Positions 9,652-19,668 of a stretch of 64,000 bases of DNA are shown piece after piece. Below the pieces are notes generated by a model. The model saw only the letters and a program-made list of their open reading frames with translations, was not told the DNA's origin and did not search any database. Made by a program: the position numbers and the translations under genes. Within the stretch, counting starts at the first letter, position 1. Every line of letters begins with the position of its first letter. Origin of the DNA: Candidatus Lustribacter sp. (lineage in GTDB: Bacteria > Vulcanimicrobiota > Vulcanimicrobiia > Vulcanimicrobiales > Vulcanimicrobiaceae); NCBI GenBank assembly GCA_965277805.1, contig OZ255842.1, forward strand, positions 2,912,001 through 2,976,000, in the 5' to 3' direction.

Positions 9652-12441
9652 GTGGCGGACGCCCTCGCCCGCTACGCGTCGGCACGCGATGACGTCGCCG
9701 TGCTGCTCGAGGAATTGTCGGCGTCGCTCGAACCGGTCGCGCATTGGCACGGCGCCGACGACGATCTCCGCGAACTGCGCCGCTACGCCGAACGGCTGCG
9801 CACTGGGCGCTTCGTCTTGGCGGTCGTCGGCGAGTTCTCGAGCGGCAAATCGTTCTTGCTCAACGCTTTGCTCGGCAAGATCGCACTCGAGGAACGGGCC
9901 GGCTCGACGCGCATCACGGGTCTGCTCGCAACCGACATCAACCCCTCGACCGCGACGATCACCGAGTTGTCCTACGCCCAAGAAGAAACCGCCACGGCGT
10001 ACTATCCGAGCGGACGCACCGAACGCGTTCCGATGGCCGGCCTCGCGCGTTTCGTTGCGGTCGGCGGCGTGGGCGGCGAGGGAAAACTGCACGACGCGAC
10101 CGACGACGAGAGCGACGCGCCCTCACTCGTGCGCATAGGCGTCGCGTCGCCGTTTCTGGCCAACGGTTTTGTCGTTGCCGATACGCCGGGCCTCGCGTCG
10201 ATCAATCCCGCCCACCGGCGGGCGACGCTGTCCTACTTGCCCGGCGCCGATGCCGTCCTCTACCTGATCGACACGCAACAGCCGTTCACCGACGGCGACG
10301 CGTCGTTTCTCGGCATCATCCGCCGCTACATCGAGAGCATGTTCATCGTGCAGACGAAGATCGATCTGTGGCGCATGACCGATCCTGCCGGCGGACGCGA
10401 AGCGTGGCAAGCCGCGGCCGCGCGCATCGTCGCGCAAGCCGCCGTGCATGCGCCGGATACGCCGGTCTTCCCGCTCTCGGCGCGCGAGTATGCCGAAGGT
10501 TTGCTCACCGGCAACGCGGAGCTGATGGCGCAGAGCCGGTTCGCCGAATTCTTCGCCGCGCTCGACGCCTCGCTCGTCGCCACGACCGGTCGTTCGCGTC
10601 TGCGCCGCGCGGCGGCGGAAGCACGGCGCATCGCAACCCGCGCGGCCGACGCGCTGGCGCTCGACGTTGCGGCGCTCGCCACCGATGCCGCGACGCTCAC
10701 GTCCGAACGCGCCGCTCTCGAGCCGCTGCTCGCCGCCGTCGACTCCGCGGCCGAAGCGGGGCGCGACGCGCTGAACACGACGGGCACGCAACTGCACGCG
10801 CAGATCGCGGACGCCGGTTCGGCGATGCGCGACGCGCTGCACCGTATGCTCTCGCGCGCCTTCGACACGACCGACATCGCACGCTTGCGCGATCGTGCGA
10901 AGCTGCACATCGTGGTCGACGAAACGCTCGCCAGCGTGATGGGCCGCTTCGCCGGCGACGTCGCCGATCTCACCGCGAAGCGTCTGCGCGCGGCATCGCG
11001 CGCTGCCGTCGCGCCGATCGTCGCCGACGTCGCAGCCGGAACGCGCCTGGCACCGATTCTCGCCGCCGTCGCGGCCGAACGTCTACCCGTTACCGCTGAT
11101 GCGGCGCGCGCCTTCGGTGCCGATGCGTCGAGCGGCGCGTGGAGCGTGGATCTCGAAACGGGCTTGCGCGGCACGATCGTGCTCAGCGCGCTCGGCGGGC
11201 CGTCGGTTTCGCTCGTCACCGCAATCGGCGACCGCTTCGCCGGGTCGCCCGGCGGCCAGTACATGAAGCGCGAATTGATCGCCGACCTCAACAGCGGTCT
11301 CTACGATGCATTCGATGCCGAAGTCGCACGCTTCGTCGACGACGTGGGCGCGCGCGTCGAACGCGTTGCCGGCGGATTGGGCGAACGCGTTGCCGCGATT
11401 GCGCGCCGCGTGCGCAGCGAAGCGCTGGGCTCGATCGATCGCGCGCTCGCGGCCGGCGACGATGCCGCCGGCACCGCAGACATCGCGCAGCGCTTCAGCG
11501 CTTCAGCCGAGGCCGTTGCGAGCCTCGCCACCCGGATTGAGGCGCAGAGCGAGCGCTTCGCCCGCGAGAGCCGCGCCGAACGCAACGAACACGCCGACGC
11601 GGCCATTCCGCTCGATCCCGACGCCGGACGCGAGCGCGTCGATCCGTCCGGCGTGCGCTTCGATCCGCATACCTACGAGCACGGCCTGCGTCCCGAGCGT
11701 TGGCGTGTCGCCGTGATCGGCGCGTTCAAGCGCGGGAAGTCGAGTTTAATCAACGCCATCGCCGGTACGCGCGTGCTGCCGGACGAGGGGTCGGCGATGG
11801 AACTTCGCTTTCCGGTGCACATTCGGTACGGCGCCGTACCAAGGACGTACGCGCTGTCCGATGATGCCGCGTGGGACGAAATTCCCGTTGCCGTGCTGGC
11901 CGAAGCCGCGCTGCGCACCCCGGTGCTGGTCGAGACGCCGTGGGATCTGCCGCGCGAACTCGTGCTCGTACACGCGCCACCGTTCGACTCCGGCTTTCCG
12001 TTGGCCGAGGATATCGTCGGCGCGGCCGCGGCCGGTGCAAGCGAGATCCTCGCGCTCTTCTCGCGTCAATTCTCCGAACGCGAACTCGAATTGTACAGTC
12101 GGCTCGCTCCGCTCGGCAAGCCGATGACGTTTGTCCACACAATCGCGGACAACGAAACCCCCGACGACCGGCGGAATGTCGTACGGCTTGCAGACCGGTA
12201 TCTACGAGAACGCGGGATTGTGCCGCAGCGCATGCTTACGGTATCGACACGCGAAAATGGTGCCTGGAACGAATTAGGGGCGTTGCGCGCAACGCTGGTT
12301 GCCCATGCCGAGGAACATATGGAACGTCTGAGACGAGCCGACCGGGAACGCGCCGAGCAGGAACGCTTGGCCGCCGCCGTCACCACGGGGGGCGAAAAAC
12401 GGCGGCGTTCCCTCTTCGACCGGCTGCTGGGCCGGGCGTAA
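9652..12441 (+). CDS. Bacterial dynamin-like protein with two GTPase-like domains
   Basis: Domain 1: GEFSSGKS, DTPG, TKID; helical middle region; domain 2 P-loop GAFKRGKS. Confidence 0.85.
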   Translation: MADALARYASARDDVAVLLEELSASLEPVAHWHGADDDLRELRRYAERLRTGRFVLAVVGEFSSGKSFLLNALLGKIALEERAGSTRITGLLATDINPSTATITELSYAQEETATAYYPSGRTERVPMAGLARFVAVGGVGGEGKLHDATDDESDAPSLVRIGVASPFLANGFVVADTPGLASINPAHRRATLSYLPGADAVLYLIDTQQPFTDGDASFLGIIRRYIESMFIVQTKIDLWRMTDPAGGREAWQAAAARIVAQAAVHAPDTPVFPLSAREYAEGLLTGNAELMAQSRFAEFFAALDASLVATTGRSRLRRAAAEARRIATRAADALALDVAALATDAATLTSERAALEPLLAAVDSAAEAGRDALNTTGTQLHAQIADAGSAMRDALHRMLSRAFDTTDIARLRDRAKLHIVVDETLASVMGRFAGDVADLTAKRLRAASRAAVAPIVADVAAGTRLAPILAAVAAERLPVTADAARAFGADASSGAWSVDLETGLRGTIVLSALGGPSVSLVTAIGDRFAGSPGGQYMKRELIADLNSGLYDAFDAEVARFVDDVGARVERVAGGLGERVAAIARRVRSEALGSIDRALAAGDDAAGTADIAQRFSASAEAVASLATRIEAQSERFARESRAERNEHADAAIPLDPDAGRERVDPSGVRFDPHTYEHGLRPERWRVAVIGAFKRGKSSLINAIAGTRVLPDEGSAMELRFPVHIRYGAVPRTYALSDDAAWDEIPVAVLAEAALRTPVLVETPWDLPRELVLVHAPPFDSGFPLAEDIVGAAAAGASEILALFSRQFSERELELYSRLAPLGKPMTFVHTIADNETPDDRRNVVRLADRYLRERGIVPQRMLTVSTRENGAWNELGALRATLVAHAEEHMERLRRADRERAEQERLAAAVTTGGEKRRRSLFDRLLGRA

Positions 12442-12459
12442 AAGGCGGCGATCTCCAGG

Positions 12460-13662
12460 GTGCCGTTTTCAACCTCGCGAAATGAGGCGGGCGTGTCCGA
12501 AACCTCCTTTGTTCTAGGTCCGGCCCAAGTGGCGTGCGGCGACGGCACAACCGTGTACGGCCGCGTCGCGGTCGAGCAGGGGCGCATCACTCAGCTTCTC
12601 CCGGACGATGGCCCAAGCGACCTCGTTCCGCCGACCGGCGCGATCATCGCGCCCGGCTTGATCGACGTTCACACCAACGGCGCCGACGACGTGCTGTTCA
12701 ACCGCGATCAAGGCAACGCCGTCGACGTCGCCACGCGCGCCTACGCCCGCATGGGCGCCACCGGCTACGTGGCCGGCGTGATGACCGCGCCGTGGGAATC
12801 GATGATCCACGCCGGCAGCGAAATTTCGGAAGCGGCAAACCAGCTGGAAGAATCCGGACACTATCCGGGAGCGCGCTGTTTGGGCGTGCATTTCGAAGGC
12901 CCGTTCATCAATCCAAAATTCCGCCGCGTTCACCGTGCTGACTGGATCGTTCCGGCCACGCTCGATCGCGCGCACGAAATGATCGAAGCCTGCCGCGGCG
13001 CACTCGTGATGGTGACGATGGCGCCCGAGCAAGACGGCGTCGATGAACTGACACGCCTCTTCTTCGATCAGGGCATCGTGTGTTCGGCCGGCCACACGTC
13101 GGCGCATTACCGCGAAGGCGTGCTCGCGATCGGATTAGGCTTCCGCACGCTCACGCATGCCTTCAACGCGATGCCGCCGCTCGATCATCGCGATCCGTCG
13201 ATCCTCGCGGCATTCATGCAAGAAGAACGCACGACGGTGCAGTTGATCTGCGACGGTTACCATGTCTCGCCGCCGATGGTCGATCTGCTCTATCGCACGC
13301 TTGGCGACCGGCTCGTGCTCACCACCGACAACATGCCGCCGGCCGGCAGCAACTACCGCATCGAAGGCGGCGTCGTCCGCTCCGAAGACGGCACGATCGC
13401 CGGCAGCGCGCTGCACATCGATCAAGCCGTCCGCAATCTGATGATGTACGCCGGCATCCCGTTCGAGGCGGCGATCGTTCACGCCACGCGCAGCCCGGCC
13501 CGCCTGCTCGGCCTCGAGCGCGAGATGGGCACCATTGCGCCGGGACGGCGCGCCGACATCGGGGTGTGGAGCGAAGAGCATCAGCCGCTGGCGACGATCG
13601 TCGGCGGTTCGATCGTGCACGGCGCCGCCCACCTCTACCGCCCCACGCGCGCCCGCGCTTAA
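12460..13662 (+). CDS. nagA: N-acetylglucosamine-6-phosphate deacetylase-like amidohydrolase
   Basis: PGLIDVHTNG, HFEGPFI, GHT, THAFNAM, ICDGYH, IAGS. Confidence 0.8.
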   Translation: MPFSTSRNEAGVSETSFVLGPAQVACGDGTTVYGRVAVEQGRITQLLPDDGPSDLVPPTGAIIAPGLIDVHTNGADDVLFNRDQGNAVDVATRAYARMGATGYVAGVMTAPWESMIHAGSEISEAANQLEESGHYPGARCLGVHFEGPFINPKFRRVHRADWIVPATLDRAHEMIEACRGALVMVTMAPEQDGVDELTRLFFDQGIVCSAGHTSAHYREGVLAIGLGFRTLTHAFNAMPPLDHRDPSILAAFMQEERTTVQLICDGYHVSPPMVDLLYRTLGDRLVLTTDNMPPAGSNYRIEGGVVRSEDGTIAGSALHIDQAVRNLMMYAGIPFEAAIVHATRSPARLLGLEREMGTIAPGRRADIGVWSEEHQPLATIVGGSIVHGAAHLYRPTRARA

Positions 13663-13666
13663 CTGG

Positions 13667-14770
13667 CTGCTCGCCGCGCTCGGGCGCGGCACCGACGTCT
13701 ATCTCTTCCTGGCGGGCATGATGGCGCTGGCGGCCTATGCACAGCTCGCGGGCATCTTCGACTGGATCGCCGTGCGCACGTTACGCATCGCCGGAACGTC
13801 ACGCCTGCGGCTCTTCGCGCTCGTCTATGCGGCCGGCATCGTCACCACTGCCGTGCTCTCCAACGATGCGACGATCGTCGCGCTGACGCCGGCCGTCATC
13901 AGCATCCTGCGGCGCTATGATGCGCCGCCGCTGGCGTACGTCACCGCATGCGCGCTGGTCGCCAACGCGGCCAGCTTCGTGCTGCCGATTTCCAATCCGT
14001 CCAATCTGCTCGTCTTTGCCGGCCGGATGCCGGCGCTCACGACGTGGCTCGCGCTCTTCGGCTTGCCGTCGATTGCCGCAATCGCGATCACGTTTGCCGT
14101 CGCATGGTGGGCCTTTCGCCGCGATTTGTCCGGCCCCGGGGTCGTCGTCCCCGAGCGCCCTGCGCCGGCGCCGGAAGCGTTGCCGGTCGTGCTCGTGATC
14201 GCGTCGGCGATCGTCATCATCGCCACATCTGCGCGCGGCGGCGCGCTCGGGACGGCAGCATTCGCGTGCGGGGCGATCGCCTGCATTGCAGCGGCGTTGC
14301 GGCGCCCCGGCGACGCCGCAACGATCGTGCGTGAGATTTCGTGGCGCATCATCGCGCTGACCGCGGCGCTCTTCGTCATCGTCACGGCGCTTGACGACGC
14401 CGGAGGCTTCCATGCGAGCCGAAGCGCCCTCGCATGGTGCGCGGGCCTGCCGTTCCCAGGCTCCGCGCTCGCGGGCGGATTCCTCGTCGCGCTCGCATCG
14501 AATGCGATCAACAACTTGCCGGTCGGGCTGAACCTCGGCGAAACGCTGCCCGCCATGCACGCATCGGCGCACATGAGCGCGGCCGCGCTGATCGGCGTGA
14601 ACCTCGGACCGAATGCCACGGTAAACGGCTCGCTCGCGACGTTGATGTGGCTGCGCATCGTGCGGCGGGCGAACATCGCCGTGCCGCCGTTCGCCTTCGC
14701 GCGTATCGGACTGCTGGCGACGATTCCGGCACTCGCGGCAGCACTTCTGCTCAGCTTCCCGCCCCACTAG
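13667..14770 (+). CDS. ArsB/NhaD (ion transporter superfamily) permease; start uncertain
   Basis: DVYLFLAGMM, LSNDATIVALTP, ANAASFVLPISNPSNL, NNLP, GVNLGPN, GSLAT. Confidence 0.8.
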   Translation: MLAALGRGTDVYLFLAGMMALAAYAQLAGIFDWIAVRTLRIAGTSRLRLFALVYAAGIVTTAVLSNDATIVALTPAVISILRRYDAPPLAYVTACALVANAASFVLPISNPSNLLVFAGRMPALTTWLALFGLPSIAAIAITFAVAWWAFRRDLSGPGVVVPERPAPAPEALPVVLVIASAIVIIATSARGGALGTAAFACGAIACIAAALRRPGDAATIVREISWRIIALTAALFVIVTALDDAGGFHASRSALAWCAGLPFPGSALAGGFLVALASNAINNLPVGLNLGETLPAMHASAHMSAAALIGVNLGPNATVNGSLATLMWLRIVRRANIAVPPFAFARIGLLATIPALAAALLLSFPPH

Positions 14771-14804
14771 GCGACCCTTCTGCGGGCGCCGAAACCGACC
14801 GGCC

Positions 14805-15338
14805 GTGACCACGTTAGAAGCAATCGAACGGCTCTTCACGGAACCGGCCCTTGACCCGGCGTGGTTCAGCGCAACGTTCCTCGCGGCCGTGCCGATGGAG
14901 AAGGCAGCTTCGATTCTTTCCGACCTCAGCGGTACGCTCGGCGCGTATCAAGCCATCGCCCCGAACGGAACGAGCTTCGCGCTGACGTTCGCCAAAGGTT
15001 CGGTTCAGGCCGAGGCGACGCTCGATGACGACGGCGCCTTCGCGACGCTCACGTTCAACCGCATGCAATGCAAGATGGCCGAGGAACGCATCACCGCCCT
15101 CTTGCAGGCGAGCCAGGTTCCGACGGCCTGGTTCGACGATTTGTTTTTAGCGGCGGTGCCGATGGACAATATCGTCGCAATGCTCGAAGGCATCAAGGCG
15201 CAGTCCGGCGCGTTCCGGAACATCTTCCCCACCGGCGACGGCACCTACGACGTGATGCTTGCGAAGGGACGCTACAGCGCGCGCATCTACCTCGGCCGCG
15301 ACGGCAAGATCCTCGGCCTCATTTTCAACCCACGATAG
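14805..15338 (+). CDS. Hypothetical protein made of two tandem copies of one domain
   Basis: AWFSATFLAAVPM and AWFDDLFLAAVPM internal repeat. Confidence 0.75.
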   Translation: MTTLEAIERLFTEPALDPAWFSATFLAAVPMEKAASILSDLSGTLGAYQAIAPNGTSFALTFAKGSVQAEATLDDDGAFATLTFNRMQCKMAEERITALLQASQVPTAWFDDLFLAAVPMDNIVAMLEGIKAQSGAFRNIFPTGDGTYDVMLAKGRYSARIYLGRDGKILGLIFNPR

Positions 15339-15346
15339 GGGCGCAT

Positions 15347-15700
15347 ATGAAAGTCAACGGCATCGACGCCACGTACTATTACGCGAAAGATTTCGATCGT
15401 GCGGTGTCGTTCTACACCGCGTTGATCGGCGCGGCACCGGGCATGGTGGTGCCCGCGATGTTCGCCGAGTGGGAACTCGGCGACGGCGCGTCGTTCGGAC
15501 TCTACAAGGGTGAGGAGTACCAACACTGCGACGGCATCATGTTCGCGGTCGATGACGTTGCGGCGGCCGTGGCGGAACTTCGCGGACGCGGCGTGCAATT
15601 CGCCGGCGACGGCGCCATCGAAGACACGCCGGTGTGCTACATGGCCTTCGGTAACGACTCCGAAGGCAACGGCTTCATCCTACACCACCGCAAGAGTTAG
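15347..15700 (+). CDS. VOC/glyoxalase family protein
   Basis: KDFDRAVSFY, FAVDDVAAAVAEL, DSEGN; ATG 15347. Confidence 0.88.
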   Translation: MKVNGIDATYYYAKDFDRAVSFYTALIGAAPGMVVPAMFAEWELGDGASFGLYKGEEYQHCDGIMFAVDDVAAAVAELRGRGVQFAGDGAIEDTPVCYMAFGNDSEGNGFILHHRKS

Positions 15701-15702
15701 AT

Positions 15703-16176
15703 TTAGAAGCGGATCGAGAACGTCAGTGCGGGGTTGACCTTCGGCCCCTCGTTCGTGCTGCCCGGAATCGCCGGCTGCACGGTGCCGAAGCCGCCGTTGA
15801 GGACGGAGATGTCCCAGGTGCGGAACCCATACGCGATGCCGGCCGTGCCTTGCACGCCCGGATGCGCCGGGTCGTTGCTCACGTTGCCGTAGTACGGCAC
15901 GTAGACGTGCTTGGTGACGTTGAGCCGGCCGCCGATATTCATCCCGGTCTGCGCGCCCGGAAAGTAGAGAAACCCGTTGGGAATGCCCGTGCGTCCCTGC
16001 GCCGCGCCCGTCACGTTCGAGGGCTGCGAGTTCACGAGCGACGTCGTCCCACGCTTGGCTGCGGCCGCATGAGTATCTTGAGCGAACGCCGGCGCCGCGA
16101 ACGCAGCAATGATCGCCGCGGTAAAAACCGCCACGGACAAAGTACGCAAGCGCTGGGGGACCCGGAGAACCAACAT
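15703..16176 (-). CDS. Secreted hypothetical protein with C-terminal Phe beta-signal
   Basis: Signal peptide ...AAFAAPAFA|Q; ends LTFSIRF. Confidence 0.65.
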   Translation of the reverse strand: MLVLRVPQRLRTLSVAVFTAAIIAAFAAPAFAQDTHAAAAKRGTTSLVNSQPSNVTGAAQGRTGIPNGFLYFPGAQTGMNIGGRLNVTKHVYVPYYGNVSNDPAHPGVQGTAGIAYGFRTWDISVLNGGFGTVQPAIPGSTNEGPKVNPALTFSIRF

Positions 16177-16249
16177 AGTGGTACCTAGAGTATCGGCGAT
16201 TTGGCTGAGAAAATGATGAAAAACCCGGCCGCTTTCTTTCCCTCCTGGA

Positions 16250-16966
16250 TCACCCAGCCCCCCCTAGGTAGGCGGCGGCGACGGCGGGGCTCGCCTTCAG
16301 ATTCGCACTGCTGTCCTCGTGTGTGACGGAGCCCACTTCCAGTACATACCCGCGGTTAGCCACGGCTAGCGCTTGCGTGGCATTTTGCTCGATGAGCAAT
16401 ATAGTCGTACCACGTGCGTTGATTTCCCGGATCACCCCGAAGATGGTCTGGACGAGGAGCGGCGAGAGGCCGAGCGATGGCTCGTCGAGCAGCAGCAGGC
16501 GCGGGCGGCCCATGAGCGCCCGGCCGATCGCCAGCATCTGCTGCTCGCCGCCGGACATGGTGCCGGCTTGCTGGCCGAGCCGCTCGCGCAGGCGGGGAAA
16601 CGTAACGAGAACGTGCTCGGTGTCGGCCGCGATCTCGCTCTTGGACGAGCGGGTGAAGGCGCCCAGCTCGAGGTTCTCGCGGACGGTCATGCGCGGGAAG
16701 ACGCGCCGCCCTTCGGGTGAGTGGCCGATCCCCAGGCGCACGATCGCGTGGGGCGCGCGGCCATGCAGATCGGTGCCGTCGAAGACGACTCGGCCCGAGG
16801 CCGGGCGCACGAGCCCGCTGATCGCCCGCAGCGTCGTCGTCTTGCCCGCGCCGTTGGCGCCGATCAGCGCCACGATCTCGCCCTCGTCGACGTGCAGCGA
16901 GATGCCGGCCAGCGCCGTGATGCGGCCGTAGCGCGCGACGAGGTTCTCGACCTCGAGCAGGCTCAC
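16250..16966 (-). CDS. livF: Branched-chain amino acid ABC ATP-binding protein
   Basis: GANGAGKTT, SPEGRRVF, MSGGEQQMLAIGR, LDEPSLGL; GTG 16966. Confidence 0.93.
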   Translation of the reverse strand: MSLLEVENLVARYGRITALAGISLHVDEGEIVALIGANGAGKTTTLRAISGLVRPASGRVVFDGTDLHGRAPHAIVRLGIGHSPEGRRVFPRMTVRENLELGAFTRSSKSEIAADTEHVLVTFPRLRERLGQQAGTMSGGEQQMLAIGRALMGRPRLLLLDEPSLGLSPLLVQTIFGVIREINARGTTILLIEQNATQALAVANRGYVLEVGSVTHEDSSANLKASPAVAAAYLGGAG

Positions 16967-17724
16967 GCCGGCGCACCCAGATACGCTTCGATTACCTTCG
17001 GGTCGGCACACACGATGTCGGGCAGTCCCTCGGCGATCTTTTCACCGTGATCGAGCACCGTGATACGCTCGCTGATCTGCTTCACCAGACGCATGTCGTG
17101 CTCGATCAGGAAGATCGTTACGCCGAGGTCGCGGATGCGCCGGATCAAGTCGATCAGCTCGCCCTTCTCGTTCGCGTTCATTCCCGCCGCCGGCTCGTCG
17201 AGCAGCAGCAGCTTCGGTTCGGCCGCCAGCGCGCGCGCGATCTCGAGCCGGCGCTGCATCCCGTAGGCGAGATTGCGCGCGTAGTGTTCGGCGCAATGTT
17301 CGAGGTTCACAAAACGCAACAGCTCGTAGGCGCGTTCGCGCACGCGGCGCTCTTCGGCCCGTTGCGCGGGCGTGTGCAAGAGCGAATCGAGTACGTTGGC
17401 TCGCATCCGCGCGTGCTCGCCCGTCATCACGTTATCGAGCGCGGACATGAACGCGAAGAGCCGGATGTTCTGAAACGTGCGAGCGATACCGCCGGCGGCA
17501 ATCGTGCTCGTCTTCAGGCCCGAGATCGTGCGGCCGTCGAACGTGATCTTGCCGCCGCTCGGCGCGTAGATGCCGGTGATCAGGTTGAACACGGTCGACT
17601 TGCCCGCGCCGTTCGGTCCGATCATCGTCACGATCGAACCGGCCTCGACCGCGAAGTCGAGTTTGTCCACCGCGATGAGTCCGCCAAAGTGCAAGCTGAC
17701 GCTTTCGAGCTGCAGAAGCGCCAT
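16963..17724 (-). CDS. livG: Branched-chain amino acid ABC ATP-binding protein
   Basis: FGGLIAV, GPNGAGKS, ARTFQNIRLF, LDEPAAG, IEHDM; ATG 17724. Confidence 0.93.
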   Translation of the reverse strand: MALLQLESVSLHFGGLIAVDKLDFAVEAGSIVTMIGPNGAGKSTVFNLITGIYAPSGGKITFDGRTISGLKTSTIAAGGIARTFQNIRLFAFMSALDNVMTGEHARMRANVLDSLLHTPAQRAEERRVRERAYELLRFVNLEHCAEHYARNLAYGMQRRLEIARALAAEPKLLLLDEPAAGMNANEKGELIDLIRRIRDLGVTIFLIEHDMRLVKQISERITVLDHGEKIAEGLPDIVCADPKVIEAYLGAPA

Positions 17725-18755
17725 CAGGGTGCGGCCTCCGTGTAGAGCGTCTGCTCCGCCGCCACGGCGTCGGGTGTCGCGCGCAGTTCGGCTTTGCGCT
17801 GGCGGCTCGGAATCAAACCTTCGGGACGGAACAGCATCGTCAGTACCAAGATGACGCCGTAGATCATGAACCGCGAGTTCGTGAGGTCGATCGCGATGCC
17901 GAAGCCGTGCATGAAGTTCGTGAGCTGCGGCAAGATGAAGCGGTCGAGCGATGAGATCACGAGGCTGCCGACGATCACGCCCGGGATGTTGCCCATCCCG
18001 CCGAGGACGAGCATCGAGAGCACCGCAACGCTCACATTGAAGCCGAACTGATCGGGCGATACCAGCTGCAGTTTTGATGCGTACGCGCATCCGGCCAATC
18101 CGCTGAACGATGCGCCGATCGCGAACGCCGCGAGCTTCGTCGTCGTAGTGTTGATACCGGCGTGCGCGGCGGCGAGTTCGTCCTCGCGAATCGCCATCCA
18201 AGCGCGACCGAGGCGGCTCAAGCGCAGGTTGTTGGCCGCCAGCACGGCCACCGCGATCAAACCGAGGATCAGATAGTAGTACGGCAGCGCTTGGAAGCCG
18301 AAGCGAAAGTTGAAGATCGCGGGCTGATCGAGCGAACCGATGCCGTTTGGCCCGCCCGTCCACTGCGAGAGGTTGAGGAACGTCTGCGGCACGATCTCGC
18401 CGAAGCCGAGCGTCACGATCGCGAGGTAGTCGCCGCGCAAGCGCAACGTCGGCGCGCCGAGCAAAATGCCGAAGACCGCGGCCACGCCCGATGCGACGAA
18501 GAGCATCACCCAGAATGGAACGTGAATACCGAACTGCGGACTCGCCAGCATCGCGAACGTGTACGACCCGATCGCGAAGAAGGCCGCGTAGCCGAGATCG
18601 AGCAGGCCGGCGAACCCGACGACGACGTTGAGGCCGAGCGCGAGGAGCACGAACGCTCCCGCGTCGGCGAGAAAGTTGACAAAGCCGCCGTTCGAGAAAA
18701 TCAGCGGCAGCACGATCGCCGCCGCGAAGATTGCGAACGGCTGCAGGCGGCCCAT
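17724..18755 (-). CDS. livM: Branched-chain amino acid ABC permease
   Basis: LGLNVVVGFAGLLDLGY, LRLRGDYLAIVTLGFGEI; ATG 18755. Confidence 0.93.
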   Translation of the reverse strand: MGRLQPFAIFAAAIVLPLIFSNGGFVNFLADAGAFVLLALGLNVVVGFAGLLDLGYAAFFAIGSYTFAMLASPQFGIHVPFWVMLFVASGVAAVFGILLGAPTLRLRGDYLAIVTLGFGEIVPQTFLNLSQWTGGPNGIGSLDQPAIFNFRFGFQALPYYYLILGLIAVAVLAANNLRLSRLGRAWMAIREDELAAAHAGINTTTTKLAAFAIGASFSGLAGCAYASKLQLVSPDQFGFNVSVAVLSMLVLGGMGNIPGVIVGSLVISSLDRFILPQLTNFMHGFGIAIDLTNSRFMIYGVILVLTMLFRPEGLIPSRQRKAELRATPDAVAAEQTLYTEAAP

Positions 18756-19666
18756 TACACCTTGGCCGGCAACGATTCGCCGAGCAGGCCCGACGGTTTG
18801 AAGATCAACACCAGCACGAGCACCGAGAACACGACGACGTTGCTCCACTGATCGGAGATCAGCTGCGTCGTCATCGCCTCGATCAAACCGATCAGGAAAC
18901 CCCCGAGCATCGCGCCGGTCAGGTTGCCGATGCCGCCGAGCACGGCCGCCGTAAACGCCTTCAGCCCGGCACCGAAGCCGTTGAAGAACCACGTCGAGCC
19001 GTAGTACACGCCCGACACGAAACCGGCCGCACCCGCGAGCGCCGAGCCGATCAGGAACGTCAGCGCGATCGTCGTGTTGATGTCGATGCCCATCAGCTGC
19101 GCCGCATCGCGGTCTTGGGCGGTCGCGCGCATCGCCTTACCGAGCTTCGTGCGATAGACGAACGCGCGCAGCACGATCATCAGCGCCACGGCAAGCAGCA
19201 CGACGAGGATCTGCTTCGTCGCGATGGTGACGGCGCCGAGATGCACGTCGGGATTCGGAATGACTTGCGGAAACGGGATCGGCGAGGGACCGCGCCAGTA
19301 CTGCATCACGTTCTCGAGGATGAACGACATGCCGATTGCGGTGATGAGCGGCGCGAGGCGCGGGGCGTTGCGCAGCCGGCGGTACGCTAGCCGCTCGATC
19401 ACGACGCCGGTGAGCCCGCACAGGATCATCGCCCCCAGCATCGTCACGACCACGACGACGACCAGCAACGGCCCCGTGACCACGCCGGTGACGCCGAGCA
19501 GCGTGAGGATCGCGAGCGAGAAGAACGTACCGAGCGTATACACGTCGCCGTGCGCGAAGTTGATCAACTCGATGATCCCGTAGATCATCGTGTAGCCGAG
19601 CGCGATCAGGGCGTAGATGCCGCCCAGCGAGAGACCGTTGACGAGTTGCTGAAGGAAGAGGTCCAA
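18755..19666 (-). CDS. livH: Branched-chain amino acid ABC permease
   Basis: YALIALGYTMIYG, INFAHGD, KAFTAAVLGGIG. Confidence 0.93.
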   Translation of the reverse strand: MDLFLQQLVNGLSLGGIYALIALGYTMIYGIIELINFAHGDVYTLGTFFSLAILTLLGVTGVVTGPLLVVVVVVTMLGAMILCGLTGVVIERLAYRRLRNAPRLAPLITAIGMSFILENVMQYWRGPSPIPFPQVIPNPDVHLGAVTIATKQILVVLLAVALMIVLRAFVYRTKLGKAMRATAQDRDAAQLMGIDINTTIALTFLIGSALAGAAGFVSGVYYGSTWFFNGFGAGLKAFTAAVLGGIGNLTGAMLGGFLIGLIEAMTTQLISDQWSNVVVFSVLVLVLIFKPSGLLGESLPAKV

Positions 19667-19668
19667 AA

